Positions 1 to 9,460 of a stretch of 40,975 nucleotides of DNA are shown here, one piece after another. Every line of letters begins with the position of its first letter. Position 1 is the stretch's first letter. This DNA comes from a virus (Duplodnaviria > Caudoviricetes). Both the position numbers and the translations under genes were made by a program. Below the pieces are notes generated by a model. That model was not told where the DNA came from. It made no database searches and saw nothing but the letters and a program-made list of their open reading frames with translations. The stretch covers positions 1 to 40,975 of the IMG/VR virus record IMGVR_UViG_3300038679_000061; one strand, written 5' to 3'.

Positions 1-25
1 CCAGGGTCAGGGCGCGCAGCTGCAT
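1..25 (-). CDS. 5' end of a host gene (MQLRALTL..., possibly a signal peptide), truncated by the window edge
   Basis: ATG at 25 on the minus strand, AAAAGGAG Shine-Dalgarno at 31-38, Fur-like box upstream. Confidence 0.5.
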
Positions 26-41
26 GGAAACTCCTTTTGTA

Positions 42-70
42 AACTAAATGAGAACGATTCTAGTTTAGTT
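42..70. promoter_or_regulatory. Fur-box-like operator (host, left flank)
   Basis: TGAGAAC-G-ATTCTAG (49-63) resembles the 7-1-7 Fur consensus TGATAAT-N-ATTATCA and lies inside the AT-rich dyad AACTAAA...TTTAGTT. Confidence 0.6.
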
Positions 71-125
71 AATTGAGAGCTCAAAGCCACACTGAAGTCG
101 ACTTGATGCAGATCAAGCCGGTCCG

Positions 126-195
126 GATGGCGCGCCGCGCGCTTTGGCACTAAATGACGCTGCCTTTGGCACTAAATGACGTCGCCTTTGGCACT
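126..195 (+). repeat. Prophage end with three tandem transposase-binding sites (Mu R1-R3-like)
   Basis: CTTTGGCACT at 142-151, 164-173 and 186-195 (22-bp period); terminal GATGG/TG at 126-130. Confidence 0.85.
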
Positions 196-224
196 GATTT
201 AAACGCCTGAGGAGCGTCTCGAAG

Positions 225-998
225 TCACCAGCTACGGATCACCAGCTCGCCGGTCGTCTTCCGGGTTTCAGCCTTGCTCACAGAGTAGGCAATGTCCAAG
301 CGGTCCATGGCCAAGCCCTTGAAGGCCTTCCGCATCTCCGGGATGTCGTTCACCGAAATGATCATCCGGCCCTTGATCGTCCTGGCAAGCTCGGCCAGGC
401 GGTCGTACTGATCCAACCCGAAACCGACGCCGTATCCCGCCGTGCCCCAGTAGGGCGGGTCGCAGTAGAACAGCGTCCCAGGGCGGTCGTACTTCGCCAC
501 ACACACTGCCCAGTCCAGGTGCTCGATGTAGGTGCTGGCCAGGCGCAGATGCGCTGCCGAGAGGTCCTCTTCAAGACGCAGCAGGTTCAACCTTGGCGGC
601 GCTGTGGCCGCCGTCCCAAAGGTCTGTCCGGTCACCTTGCCCCCGAAGGCTTGCTTCTGGAGATAAAAAAACCGCGCTGCTCGCTGAATGTCCGTGAGTG
701 TCTCCTCGGGCGTGATCTGCAGCCATTTAAAAATCTGTCGGCTGGTCAGTGCCCACTTGAACTGCCGGGTGAACTCTTCGAGATGGTGGCGCACCACCCG
801 GTACAGGTTCACTACGTCGCCATTGACATCGTTCAGCACCTCCGCCTTGGCCGGAGCCTTGGAGAAGTAGAGCGCTGCTGCCCCACAGAACGGTTCGACG
901 TAGCAGGTGTGCCCCGGGAACATGGGCAGGATGTGTTTCACGAGGCGGCGTTTTCCGCCAATCCATGGCACCAAGGGTGCCGCTTTAAATTCCGTCAT
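225..998 (-). CDS. DNA adenine N6-methyltransferase, D12/Dam class (Mu mom position)
   Basis: PWIGGK motif, YVEPFCGAA (motif I), NDVN, FYCDPPY (motif IV). Confidence 0.93.
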   Translation of the reverse strand: MTEFKAAPLVPWIGGKRRLVKHILPMFPGHTCYVEPFCGAAALYFSKAPAKAEVLNDVNGDVVNLYRVVRHHLEEFTRQFKWALTSRQIFKWLQITPEETLTDIQRAARFFYLQKQAFGGKVTGQTFGTAATAPPRLNLLRLEEDLSAAHLRLASTYIEHLDWAVCVAKYDRPGTLFYCDPPYWGTAGYGVGFGLDQYDRLAELARTIKGRMIISVNDIPEMRKAFKGLAMDRLDIAYSVSKAETRKTTGELVIRSW

Positions 999-1143
999 TG
1001 CAAGCCTTTTGAGCGTTTAAAAACTGGTAGGCTCAACCTGCTCTCGCGAGAGTGGCGGGTCTTCGCCTGGCTTGCAGCTCATCCTGCAGGTTCGGGGGCT
1101 TGACCAGGTGTTGACGCACCGGGTCAGGTCGCCCGTCTTTTTT
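999..1143 (-). promoter_or_regulatory. Structured 5' leader of the methyltransferase gene
   Basis: Inverted repeat 999-1006/1069-1076 (TGCAAGCC/GGCTTGCA) abutting the start codon; hairpins CTCTCGCGAGAG and TGACCAGGTG-TTGACG-CACCGGGTCA. Confidence 0.5.
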
Positions 1144-1152
1144 CCGCCCCCG

Positions 1153-1380
1153 CTATACCTCGGCCGAGATGTAGGTCAGGTTCGGTGCCTCGCCCTCGAT
1201 CAATCCATCGCGGACAAAAACTCGGTCTCCCACGCTCGCTTGCCCAACAGCCTGCAGACGGCCTCCGCTGGGCAGCTCGATGGTGGCAACTCCGCCCTCC
1301 ATGGCCAGCACTGTGCCGACCTGCCGACGTTTCGGAGGCTGCAGCGCCAGCCACCTGGCGTAGGGGTTAGTCAATGACAT
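1153..1380 (-). CDS. Small phage tail-associated protein (beta-rich, OB-fold-like)
   Basis: Coupled to the upstream tail gene; VGDRVFVRDGLIEGEAP motif typical of the last gene of such tail modules. Confidence 0.7.
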   Translation of the reverse strand: MSLTNPYARWLALQPPKRRQVGTVLAMEGGVATIELPSGGRLQAVGQASVGDRVFVRDGLIEGEAPNLTYISAEV

Positions 1381-3205
1381 GGGTTTCCACTCCTAGCCTC
1401 TGGTGCATGACAGGCCACTCCTGCATCCCCAGGCCATTGCGCCGCACGATGCCCAGACGCGTGCGGTCATCGCTCACGTAGCTCACCACAGTGCCCGGCA
1501 TGATGATCCCGGTCTCGGGCAGCAGCATCGTCTGCACCGTGACGTGCTCCTGCAGGCCGGTATTAGACAGCTCGGCCAGGCCGCGCTGTCGGTGCGCCTC
1601 TGCGGCCGTGATCAGCGGATGCAGCACCTGGGGGGCCTCCTGATCGCCCGCCGTGCCGGTGCGCGTGAAGGGGCCGAACACCGCCGGTGGCAGGACCCCG
1701 CCCAGATGAATCTGGTTGAAATCGGGGCGGATCACCTCATCGATGTTTTCAACGCTGGTCACCTCGACCGGCAACACGATGTCGGGCGTCAGGTCGGTCG
1801 CCCAGTGCCACGGCGCGACTGGATAGCGCGGCAGCACGCGCAGCACCTTGTCCGTCAGATGAGGTTGGATGTAGGCCCCGACGGCACCAGCGATGTCCTG
1901 CAGCGCCGCGATATACGAGCCCTGGAACATCCAGATGTTGGCCCCGATCAACCAGTCCTCGATCTGCCAATCCACCGTCCAGCCCAGCGATACACCGTTG
2001 ACCGTGAGCACGTCGGCCATGAGCTGCTGCGCCGTGCGGGGCGCTGTGTTGCCGAACGAAAACTGCGGTCCATCGAGCCAGGCCGCTCGGCCTCGGCCGC
2101 GGACTGCGACGCGGTCCTCGGGAAAGCTGCGATCGCGGCTGATACCGCCCGGGTCGATGGTCAGGATCAGATGCTGGCCGTTGACCACGCACTCCACCTC
2201 GACGAACTCGCGCGGCGTGGTGCGCGCCAGGTGCGCGCGGGCACTGTGGTGCAGAGACGCCGACCAGCCGAATGTCCAGCTGTCGGCGTCGATGTCCAGG
2301 GTGAAGCCGGTCGCCTCGAACTCGGTGCCGGCCGGGAGCCGGTAGAGGGTTACGCTGTTGTGAACCATGTAGCAGCTCCGGACAGGAATGACGATCGGCC
2401 CGGGAGCGGGCGGCGGGCCGGGATGGCGGTCGCACTCGAAAAGCAGCTCCAGCGGTGCGCGGCCGTCGGGCCGGAACAGCAGCTCGATCGGCTCGGTCGG
2501 GACGTAGCACCAGTCATCACGACCCGGCGGCTCGGGCCGGGGAGGCTGGCCGCCGGGTAGCGGGTACTGGGCCTGCTGGAATCGCGGGCGCCAGGTGCGC
2601 AGCAGCGGCAGGCCGGTCTGCATGTCTTCGTGCCGCAGCGTGACCAGGTGCACGCCAGGCTGGAAGCGCCCGCGGATGACGGGCAACAGGCGGATGACTT
2701 CTTGAAACTCGCTTTTGACGGCGACGCCGACCGGCTCGCCGCGCTGGAAATGGCTGCGGGCGGCCAGGGCCAGGGCGCGGGCTTGCTCAAAGCGCGATTG
2801 CACGACGTGGGCCACTGGCAGGCCTGGCTGCTCGACTGCGCGGACGACAGCGGTGAGTTCCAGCGCACTCTGCCAGTGGCTGCGCTGCACTCCTGACATG
2901 GGACGGCCGGGCTCGCTAACAACGCGAGCTGTGCTCGTGAGCTGATTTGAGTCTTGCCATGCGCTGCGCAGCCCAACGCTGGCGGGCTGGCCATCTTGCC
3001 ATGCGCCGCTTCGCCGCGCGAGCAGCGGGCGGGCCACGTTGACGTCAAAGACCAGCTCGGCAGATGCGCGCTGCAGGCCGGTGACCTGTCCGCTAGCAGA
3101 TATCGAGTAGTCGGGAATACCACCAGTCGATTCGTCTCCGAAGACGAGCTCCAGCGGCGCCCGATCATCTGGCCGGAATACAAGGTCGAAGGGGTTGATG
3201 GCCAC
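1367..3205 (-). CDS. Tail tip / baseplate hub-like structural protein
   Basis: 612 aa in the tail operon; repetitive N-terminal region and a hub-like C-terminal region (WQIEDW, GAYIQPH, PRYPVAPW). Confidence 0.7.
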   Translation of the reverse strand: MAINPFDLVFRPDDRAPLELVFGDESTGGIPDYSISASGQVTGLQRASAELVFDVNVARPLLARRSGAWQDGQPASVGLRSAWQDSNQLTSTARVVSEPGRPMSGVQRSHWQSALELTAVVRAVEQPGLPVAHVVQSRFEQARALALAARSHFQRGEPVGVAVKSEFQEVIRLLPVIRGRFQPGVHLVTLRHEDMQTGLPLLRTWRPRFQQAQYPLPGGQPPRPEPPGRDDWCYVPTEPIELLFRPDGRAPLELLFECDRHPGPPPAPGPIVIPVRSCYMVHNSVTLYRLPAGTEFEATGFTLDIDADSWTFGWSASLHHSARAHLARTTPREFVEVECVVNGQHLILTIDPGGISRDRSFPEDRVAVRGRGRAAWLDGPQFSFGNTAPRTAQQLMADVLTVNGVSLGWTVDWQIEDWLIGANIWMFQGSYIAALQDIAGAVGAYIQPHLTDKVLRVLPRYPVAPWHWATDLTPDIVLPVEVTSVENIDEVIRPDFNQIHLGGVLPPAVFGPFTRTGTAGDQEAPQVLHPLITAAEAHRQRGLAELSNTGLQEHVTVQTMLLPETGIIMPGTVVSYVSDDRTRLGIVRRNGLGMQEWPVMHQRLGVETHVID

Positions 3206-3218
3206 ACGTCACCACCCA

Positions 3219-3638
3219 TTAAGTGAGCACGACCAAGCCGAGCGAGATCAGCCCACCGGCCTGAAACGGGGGCGACGTTTCGCCCTCAGGCGTATCGGAG
3301 CCACTGACGCGCCAGAAGCCGTCGTGCGCGGCATCGGTCACGTCTCCGACGTGCAGAAGCACGCCATCGGCGGCAATCAGCTCGGCCCAGCGCGGGGTGC
3401 CCGCCGTGATCACCAGCGCAGGATCAGCTGGCGCAAGCACCAACGAGGAGCCAATGATGGCGCCCGCCGGCATGGGCAGCAGCACTGTGGCCATAGGCGT
3501 GTCGCTGTGAGCGCCTGGAACAGTCGGAATCGCGGTGCTATACACATGCACTCTTGGGGTGCTGGCGCCGTTATTCAACCGGGCGAGGGTCGCCGATAGC
3601 TGAGCCGTGGCCAGCACGCCTGTCCCCAGAGAGATCAC
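3219..3638 (-). CDS. Phage tail protein (hypothetical structural)
   Basis: Coupled ORF in the tail operon. Confidence 0.7.
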   Translation of the reverse strand: MISLGTGVLATAQLSATLARLNNGASTPRVHVYSTAIPTVPGAHSDTPMATVLLPMPAGAIIGSSLVLAPADPALVITAGTPRWAELIAADGVLLHVGDVTDAAHDGFWRVSGSDTPEGETSPPFQAGGLISLGLVVLT

Positions 3639-3964
3639 GCTTCACCCCGGAGTAGAGACACGCCGGCCACTGGGCGGAGGTAGTCCTCCTCAGAGGGGTC
3701 GCCAGGGTTTGCCGGAAACTCAGCCAGCGCGATATACCTGCTCCGTTCCACTTCGATTCGCGGAAAGCTAAATGCACCCGACGACGCGTCACTCCAGGTC
3801 TGGCGCGCAAGTTTCTTGTCCGGTAATCTCAACAATGTGATGCGGGCGTACTGGGGCACGTCCACTCCACCGACCCTGCGCTTGACGACTCCATGCAGCG
3901 TGTCTGCGCCACCGAACTCTGCATCGCTGGCGTTAAAAATAGGCGAGATGATGACGGAAACCAT
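3635..3964 (-). CDS. Small tail-fibre-associated beta-sandwich protein
   Basis: TWSDASSGAFSF prealbumin-like motif, directly after the fibre gene. Confidence 0.65.
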   Translation of the reverse strand: MVSVIISPIFNASDAEFGGADTLHGVVKRRVGGVDVPQYARITLLRLPDKKLARQTWSDASSGAFSFPRIEVERSRYIALAEFPANPGDPSEEDYLRPVAGVSLLRGEA

Positions 3965-3965
3965 G

Positions 3966-5147
3966 CTACCGACTCCACGTGCCAGAAATATCCATGAACA
4001 TGCGGCCGCTGGTGTTTGATGCGGTGGAATAGGAATTCCCGATCTCGACAGACATCAGCTTTTTACCGGCCAGATCTTCGGTGGGGGTAAGAACCAATCC
4101 AGTGGTGAAGCCGGCAGAGTTCAGATCCTGTCTCGCGTGTAGAACCCCAGGGAAGAGCCCGCGTACGCCGGCAGTGTCGATAACTTCTACGGCGCACAAT
4201 AGAAGTCCTGCATTAGCCGGGTTTGGGTAGACGCTCACCGTCGAGTAGGTTGCAGAACCGCTGTAAGAGAAGCTGTTGGCTGAATTTTTCCCTGCGCCGC
4301 TCCCATATGCAGGCACGGGCGATGGTGTTGCGTCAAGGCTGCGGGCCAGATACATGCTGTTTGCCGTCACTGTGTTGGAATCCCCCACAGACCCGTCGCG
4401 GCTTATTGAAGTTGAATTCGCGACCATCCGGCGGCCAGTGATGATCCAGCTCCACCCATCCCCAGATTTGTAGGGGGCAATTTCACCCACCAAATTGAGG
4501 TTGTACCGAACGCTGGAAGCCGTGTACTCAACGCCGAAATAAAGTCCGCGATGGTCAGCAAAAGCGACCCAGTGGTGGGCAGCAGAGTCACGACTCTTGC
4601 CCCAGTAGAGACCACCGGACATCTGCGCCGATGTCGGGAACGGATTCACGCCGGTGTGGGCATCACTCATGGACTCGTAGCACACGATCCGTGCGTCGAT
4701 CGTCCCAGAATCGTCAACACGCACGAACAGTCGGCTGGACTCAACGTGCGTTGGACGGAATACCGCGACGTTGCCGTCCGTAAAAACCTCCTCCCATCCA
4801 GCCGAGGCGAGCGCGCAGATGATGCTTCCAGTCGCAGCCCCATCAGGCGCGCCCACCGGAAACGTGATGGAGTTCGGCGTCGGCACGGACGCCACTCGAA
4901 ACTCATCATTAAAAACAGACTGATCTGCCCCAGACAGACCAATGACGCTGCCAACAATATAAGAATGCGCTGCCGCATACGTGGCCGTGGCTACACCGCT
5001 GGCAACAGTCAGTGTCTGGACGTTTGTGGCAGCCCCGCCAGTCACCAGCACGATGCGAAGCGCGCTAAGCATGCTGCCGGCCACCCCAGCGACCATTGGA
5101 AGTACGGGCTGCAGCGCAGAAACAAAGGGTTTTACAAGCTTGCTCAT
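3966..5147 (-). CDS. Putative tail fibre / receptor-binding protein
   Basis: 393 aa, Ser/Thr/Gly-rich; SAGWEEVF motif; visibly lower GC than its neighbours. Confidence 0.65.
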   Translation of the reverse strand: MSKLVKPFVSALQPVLPMVAGVAGSMLSALRIVLVTGGAATNVQTLTVASGVATATYAAAHSYIVGSVIGLSGADQSVFNDEFRVASVPTPNSITFPVGAPDGAATGSIICALASAGWEEVFTDGNVAVFRPTHVESSRLFVRVDDSGTIDARIVCYESMSDAHTGVNPFPTSAQMSGGLYWGKSRDSAAHHWVAFADHRGLYFGVEYTASSVRYNLNLVGEIAPYKSGDGWSWIITGRRMVANSTSISRDGSVGDSNTVTANSMYLARSLDATPSPVPAYGSGAGKNSANSFSYSGSATYSTVSVYPNPANAGLLLCAVEVIDTAGVRGLFPGVLHARQDLNSAGFTTGLVLTPTEDLAGKKLMSVEIGNSYSTASNTSGRMFMDISGTWSR

Positions 5148-7051
5148 GGTGCACTCGGTGGGCGGTCCACGTCACCGCCGGTCAAAAGGTCAAACGAATA
5201 GTCGGTGCCCGGCGCCACGCTCGGCTGCACCGTGCGGATGAGGGCGAACGACTGCATGGCCGCGACCATCTTGCCGAACAACACATTGCCCGCGGCCCAG
5301 CCTCCGCCCCAGCCTGCGGCCTTGAGCTCCAGCAGCCGGGTGGCTGGGTCAAACGGATTTCCTGGGGTGTGGTCTACGTTCTTGGAGCCCGTGCCCATGA
5401 AGCCGCTGAACTCGCCGATGAAATCGAAGTTCTCGGTGTCTTTGTAGCGCCAGGCGTAGCGCTCGGAAAGCGCGCCGGCGTTGGCGACGATGATGGGGTT
5501 GGCGGCGATGTTGTAGGTCGCCGGCGCTTCGTTTCCCTGCGTGCTGTCGGCCCAGGTGATGCCATTCCAGCTCTGCTGATCCCAAACGCCCACGAAACGC
5601 GCGAAGGTGTTGCCCCACAGCAGCGCGCTGCTGACCACCGAGCCCGCCGGGAAGTTGTAGCTCAGCCCGAAATTGAGCTGCATCGTGCCGTCGATCTGCA
5701 GGTCCATCGTCTGCCGCATCTCCTGAATGCGGTGCTCAACGGTGACCGGCTGCGCCCAGCCCGTCACATCGATCACGCGCACCTGGCCGGCGTTGAGATC
5801 GGCCTCAGTGGCCTCGAAACCGGTGTCGATCAGCGCACCGTTGGCGTCGAACAGCCAGACGTGGGTGACACGCTCGCGGCCGAGGTCGATCACGTCGTTG
5901 GCCGCGTAGGTGGCTGGTTCCAAGGTGGCGTTGTGGCCAATGATGATGACGCGGCCCTTTCGGTGCTTCGGTACGCGGCCGTCTTGGGGCAAGCGCACCG
6001 GGTCGAGTCCTGCGATTTCAGGGTCCACAGGCAAATAGAAGCTGCTCGTGGTGTTGATGCGTAGGCTGGCCGGGTCCACCGGCCAGGGGCGCCAGATCTT
6101 GCCCGCCTCCACCGCGCCCACGTCGGCCGGGTCGTACCACCATTCGGCCTTGTCGGCGGCGGTGAGGGTGCTGTCGGTGACGAAGTCGCCGAACTGCAGC
6201 TCACCCAGTCCGCTCTGGAAATTGATCTTGCCCACGGCGTGCGGGCCGCTGAGGTTGCCGTTGAGGTCGCAGCTCACGTTGATGGCGTTGCCTGCCACGT
6301 CGAGTAGGGTGATGGTGATCTGGCCTGGAACGATCGGCGACGTGCTGGTCATGAAAAACACGCTGGCGGTGCGCCAGGCTTCTTTGCTGGTCCAGAGGCT
6401 CTGCAGTGTGAACGCGGTGGGCGAGCCGCTGACCACGTAGTCGGTCATCTTGGCGATGCCGGCCATGTAGTCGATGGAGCCCGAAGCCACGCCGTTGCCC
6501 GAGCCCGTGCGGCGGTAGATCACACCGTCCTGGTCTTCATAGGTCTCGCCCATCCAGACGAAACGCACGCTGTTGGGCACGATGCGGTCGGTGGTATAGC
6601 GGCAAAGGTCGATGACGACCTCGGGCGGCGCGTAGGCCGTGGAGCGCGCGGTGGGCGTGGGCGAGCCCACTTTGTAGGACGCCACCACACTGGATCCGGC
6701 CAGCACCTGCTCGCCCACGCTGGTGGTGCCGTATTCGCCGCCCTCCTGGCTGGTGGAGCCCGAAGACGAGCCGGCGCCGCTGGTGGTGGCGGTGAACTCG
6801 GACGCGTTCTCGTAGTCGCTCTTGTAGCTGGTGGTCAAGCGGTCGAACGAGACCACTTTTAGGCTGGCGATTTTGCCGACATAGTCCACCGTGCCCAGGC
6901 CTCCGACGAAGGCGCCAGCACCATCGTCGCTGAGGCTGTGCAGCGTGATCAGGCGTGTGGCGTCGATCCGAGCGCTTTCGGTGGTGTAGACGCTGCTCCC
7001 GCTGTCTTTGCGACGGGTGACGGGCGTGCTGTAGTCGTAGACGGTTGGCAT
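5144..7051 (-). CDS. Large virion tail protein (second of a pair)
   Basis: 635 aa; repeated G-x-(I/V)-(D/N)-Y-x-x-G motifs; GLDPVRLPQDGRVP motif. Confidence 0.75.
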   Translation of the reverse strand: MPTVYDYSTPVTRRKDSGSSVYTTESARIDATRLITLHSLSDDGAGAFVGGLGTVDYVGKIASLKVVSFDRLTTSYKSDYENASEFTATTSGAGSSSGSTSQEGGEYGTTSVGEQVLAGSSVVASYKVGSPTPTARSTAYAPPEVVIDLCRYTTDRIVPNSVRFVWMGETYEDQDGVIYRRTGSGNGVASGSIDYMAGIAKMTDYVVSGSPTAFTLQSLWTSKEAWRTASVFFMTSTSPIVPGQITITLLDVAGNAINVSCDLNGNLSGPHAVGKINFQSGLGELQFGDFVTDSTLTAADKAEWWYDPADVGAVEAGKIWRPWPVDPASLRINTTSSFYLPVDPEIAGLDPVRLPQDGRVPKHRKGRVIIIGHNATLEPATYAANDVIDLGRERVTHVWLFDANGALIDTGFEATEADLNAGQVRVIDVTGWAQPVTVEHRIQEMRQTMDLQIDGTMQLNFGLSYNFPAGSVVSSALLWGNTFARFVGVWDQQSWNGITWADSTQGNEAPATYNIAANPIIVANAGALSERYAWRYKDTENFDFIGEFSGFMGTGSKNVDHTPGNPFDPATRLLELKAAGWGGGWAAGNVLFGKMVAAMQSFALIRTVQPSVAPGTDYSFDLLTGGDVDRPPSAP

Positions 7052-7067
7052 GTTGTGGTCTCGGGTG

Positions 7068-8765
7068 TCAGGCAGAGGGGATGGGCCAGGTGGTGCCCAG
7101 ACTGCCCGCGCCCAGCACGCTGTCTACCGTGCTCTGGTAGCTCTCCAGGGTCACACGGGGCGCGGAGGTGGTCGTGGTGGTCGTGGTGCTGTTGGCCTTG
7201 GTGGTGGAGAGCGTGCCGCCACTGGTCTGGCTCACCTCTTGCGCGGTGGCCCAGCTGATGCGCAGCGTGCCGGCAGTGGGCTGCTGGGCGAATGGCACCG
7301 TGATAAACCCGCCGACATCCGGCGTGCCGGGGGTGAGAATCTCGCGCTGTAGCGTGGTGGTGTCGTATTGGCAGTCGAATTCGCCGCCGGGGTCGATCAT
7401 GTAGGCCGGGGTCAGCACCACGGTGCGGCTGGGGTGGTCGATGTGGCCGGTGCCGTCGCCGCTGATCGTGCCGTTGGCCGCCGCAGTGCAGGTGCGCACG
7501 GTGCCGCCGCTGGTGTAGCCGATGACCAGGGTGGCAGGCTCGACCATGTCGAGGGGGCCGCCATCGAGCACCCAAGAATATTCAGGGGCGCGAACTGCAG
7601 CGCCCTGCGTGGAGCGGTTGGTGTAGGCGATGCGCGCGCCCCACTGGCTCACCACGGCGCTGCCGATGTCGGGCAGGGCCGGCAGGCTGATCGACCAGCT
7701 GCCGGTGGTGGAGTTCACAGTACCCACGGCGCCGTTGCCGCTGATGGTGCCGTCGCCGTTGTCCATGGCGCTGTAGCGGTTGCCCAGGCTCACCCAGGTC
7801 CACACGCAGGTGTTGGGCTCGGGCGGTGGAACCATCTGGCCGATGTAGGCGCTGATGCGGTTTTCCTGGCTGATCTTGATACGGCGGGCGTGCGGCGCGG
7901 CGGACACGTCGACCTGGCGCGGCGCGGTGGCCAGCGTGAGGCTGCGCACGGCGGCGGGGCGCTGGTCGAGCGTGCTCACCGGCGTGCTGCTGCTGGGTAC
8001 GAGCTGGCTGTAGATGCTGTCGACCTTGATCGACGTCTCGCCGATCGTGTGCGCGGCCAGGGTGCGCGAGCTGCCGTAGTAGTTCGCGGCGTCGGCCTCG
8101 GAGGTGTCGCGCAGCGTGGTCTTGCCAGCGCCCACTGTGAACAGGCGGTTGGGCGATGTGCCTGGAAACGCCTGCGTCAGGCCGCTCTGCAGCGAGCACT
8201 TGACCACCTGGGCCGGGTAGTCACCCTGCGTGTCCGTGAAGGTCCGATTCACAGCCTCCACTTCGATGATGCGCACGTACTGCAGAGCCTCGGTGCCCAA
8301 GCCCTCATTGACCACCAGCACGAGCGTGCGGCCGATGGTTGGCACCGGCTGGCCGACCCGCTGAAAAATCTGGATGTTGTTTTGGTTCTGGACGTGGTTT
8401 TCCAGCAGGAATCCGGGCCACTGTGTGCCGCGGATCAGGTAGTCCGCGATGGCCGTGGCGATCTCGCTGCGGCGCGCGAAGGGCGCGCACTCGGCCAGCG
8501 TGATCTCGACATTGGGATCGGACGGCGGCTTGGCCACGATGGCATAGGAGCCGAGCAGACGGTCGGTATTCGGCGTGTCCACGTGCATGTGCAACTGGCG
8601 GATGGACACCTCGCCGACCGTTCGGGCTAGGGTCGAAACGTCGTCGAAGATGGTGTTCGAGTCCCCGTATTCGATGGTCGTCGCCGATGGCCCGCCGCCG
8701 CCCTCCGGTACGTCAGCCATGACCTGGCTGGCGCGCACTTTCAGGTCATTCAGGAGAATGGTCAT
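7068..8765 (-). CDS. Large virion tail protein (first of a pair)
   Basis: 565 aa; N-terminal SQVMADVPEGGG motif typical of this tail-module family. Confidence 0.75.
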   Translation of the reverse strand: MTILLNDLKVRASQVMADVPEGGGGPSATTIEYGDSNTIFDDVSTLARTVGEVSIRQLHMHVDTPNTDRLLGSYAIVAKPPSDPNVEITLAECAPFARRSEIATAIADYLIRGTQWPGFLLENHVQNQNNIQIFQRVGQPVPTIGRTLVLVVNEGLGTEALQYVRIIEVEAVNRTFTDTQGDYPAQVVKCSLQSGLTQAFPGTSPNRLFTVGAGKTTLRDTSEADAANYYGSSRTLAAHTIGETSIKVDSIYSQLVPSSSTPVSTLDQRPAAVRSLTLATAPRQVDVSAAPHARRIKISQENRISAYIGQMVPPPEPNTCVWTWVSLGNRYSAMDNGDGTISGNGAVGTVNSTTGSWSISLPALPDIGSAVVSQWGARIAYTNRSTQGAAVRAPEYSWVLDGGPLDMVEPATLVIGYTSGGTVRTCTAAANGTISGDGTGHIDHPSRTVVLTPAYMIDPGGEFDCQYDTTTLQREILTPGTPDVGGFITVPFAQQPTAGTLRISWATAQEVSQTSGGTLSTTKANSTTTTTTTSAPRVTLESYQSTVDSVLGAGSLGTTWPIPSA

Positions 8766-8770
8766 CGCGC

Positions 8771-9460
8771 TTACTCGGCAGGGGTTGCAGGTGCTGGTGC
8801 TGGCGCGGGTTCGGCAGGCGCGGCCGGGGGCGGCAGGCGGCCGGCTGCTACGCCGCCCAGCGTTGCGTCGGCGCCCAGGCTGTAGGCGCTCTGGGAGAAG
8901 TCGTACGCGTCTTGCTGAGTGCCGCGTAGCGTGCCGAACAGGTAGCGCTGCTGGCTGTTGGACTGGTCGATGCGGTAGCGCTCCTGGTCAAGCCCCTTGC
9001 TGAACATCTTGAAGCCCAGCACCCGGTCAGTCACCTTCAGGCCTTTGTTAAACCAGCTGGTGCGCTCGGCCAGCTCGGCCTTGCGGATATCGATGTCGGC
9101 CGCCTGCGCCTGCTGCTGCATCGCCATCTGCGCGAACGATGCGCGCTGGGCGGTGGCTGGCGGGCTGGCTGCGCCGCTTTTGCCCAGCATGCCACTGACC
9201 AGGCCCTTGGCGAAGTCGCTGCCGGACTGGTCGGCGAACTTGATCAGGGCCATGGTCTTGGTGTTTTCCAGATCCATGGCCTTCAGGTCCAGCTGGTGCT
9301 GCATCTCCACCAGCGACACCGGGGCGGCCTGGGCGGGCAGCAGGGGCGGCACGGCGGCCGCCGGCTGCGGCTTGGCGGGGTTGGTCTCGCACGCGGAGAG
9401 GGCCAGCGTGGTGAGGGCGATCAGACCGATGCGAATGGCGAGGCGGCGTGTGTGTGTCAT
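8771..9460 (-). CDS. Lipoprotein inserted in the tail operon
   Basis: MTHTRRLAIRIGLIALTTLALSA-C lipobox; ATGA coupling at 9457-9460; Pro/Ala-rich C-terminus. Confidence 0.75.
   Translation of the reverse strand: MTHTRRLAIRIGLIALTTLALSACETNPAKPQPAAAVPPLLPAQAAPVSLVEMQHQLDLKAMDLENTKTMALIKFADQSGSDFAKGLVSGMLGKSGAASPPATAQRASFAQMAMQQQAQAADIDIRKAELAERTSWFNKGLKVTDRVLGFKMFSKGLDQERYRIDQSNSQQRYLFGTLRGTQQDAYDFSQSAYSLGADATLGGVAAGRLPPPAAPAEPAPAPAPATPAE

Noticed and set aside
142-195. 22-bp periodic repeats as a mini CRISPR array
   Set aside because: Units are too short, have no unique spacers and recur inverted at the other end; they fit transposase-binding sites
1367-8765. Diversity-generating retroelement or invertible tail-fibre segment
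   Set aside because: No reverse transcriptase, no TR/VR repeat pair noticed and no invertase
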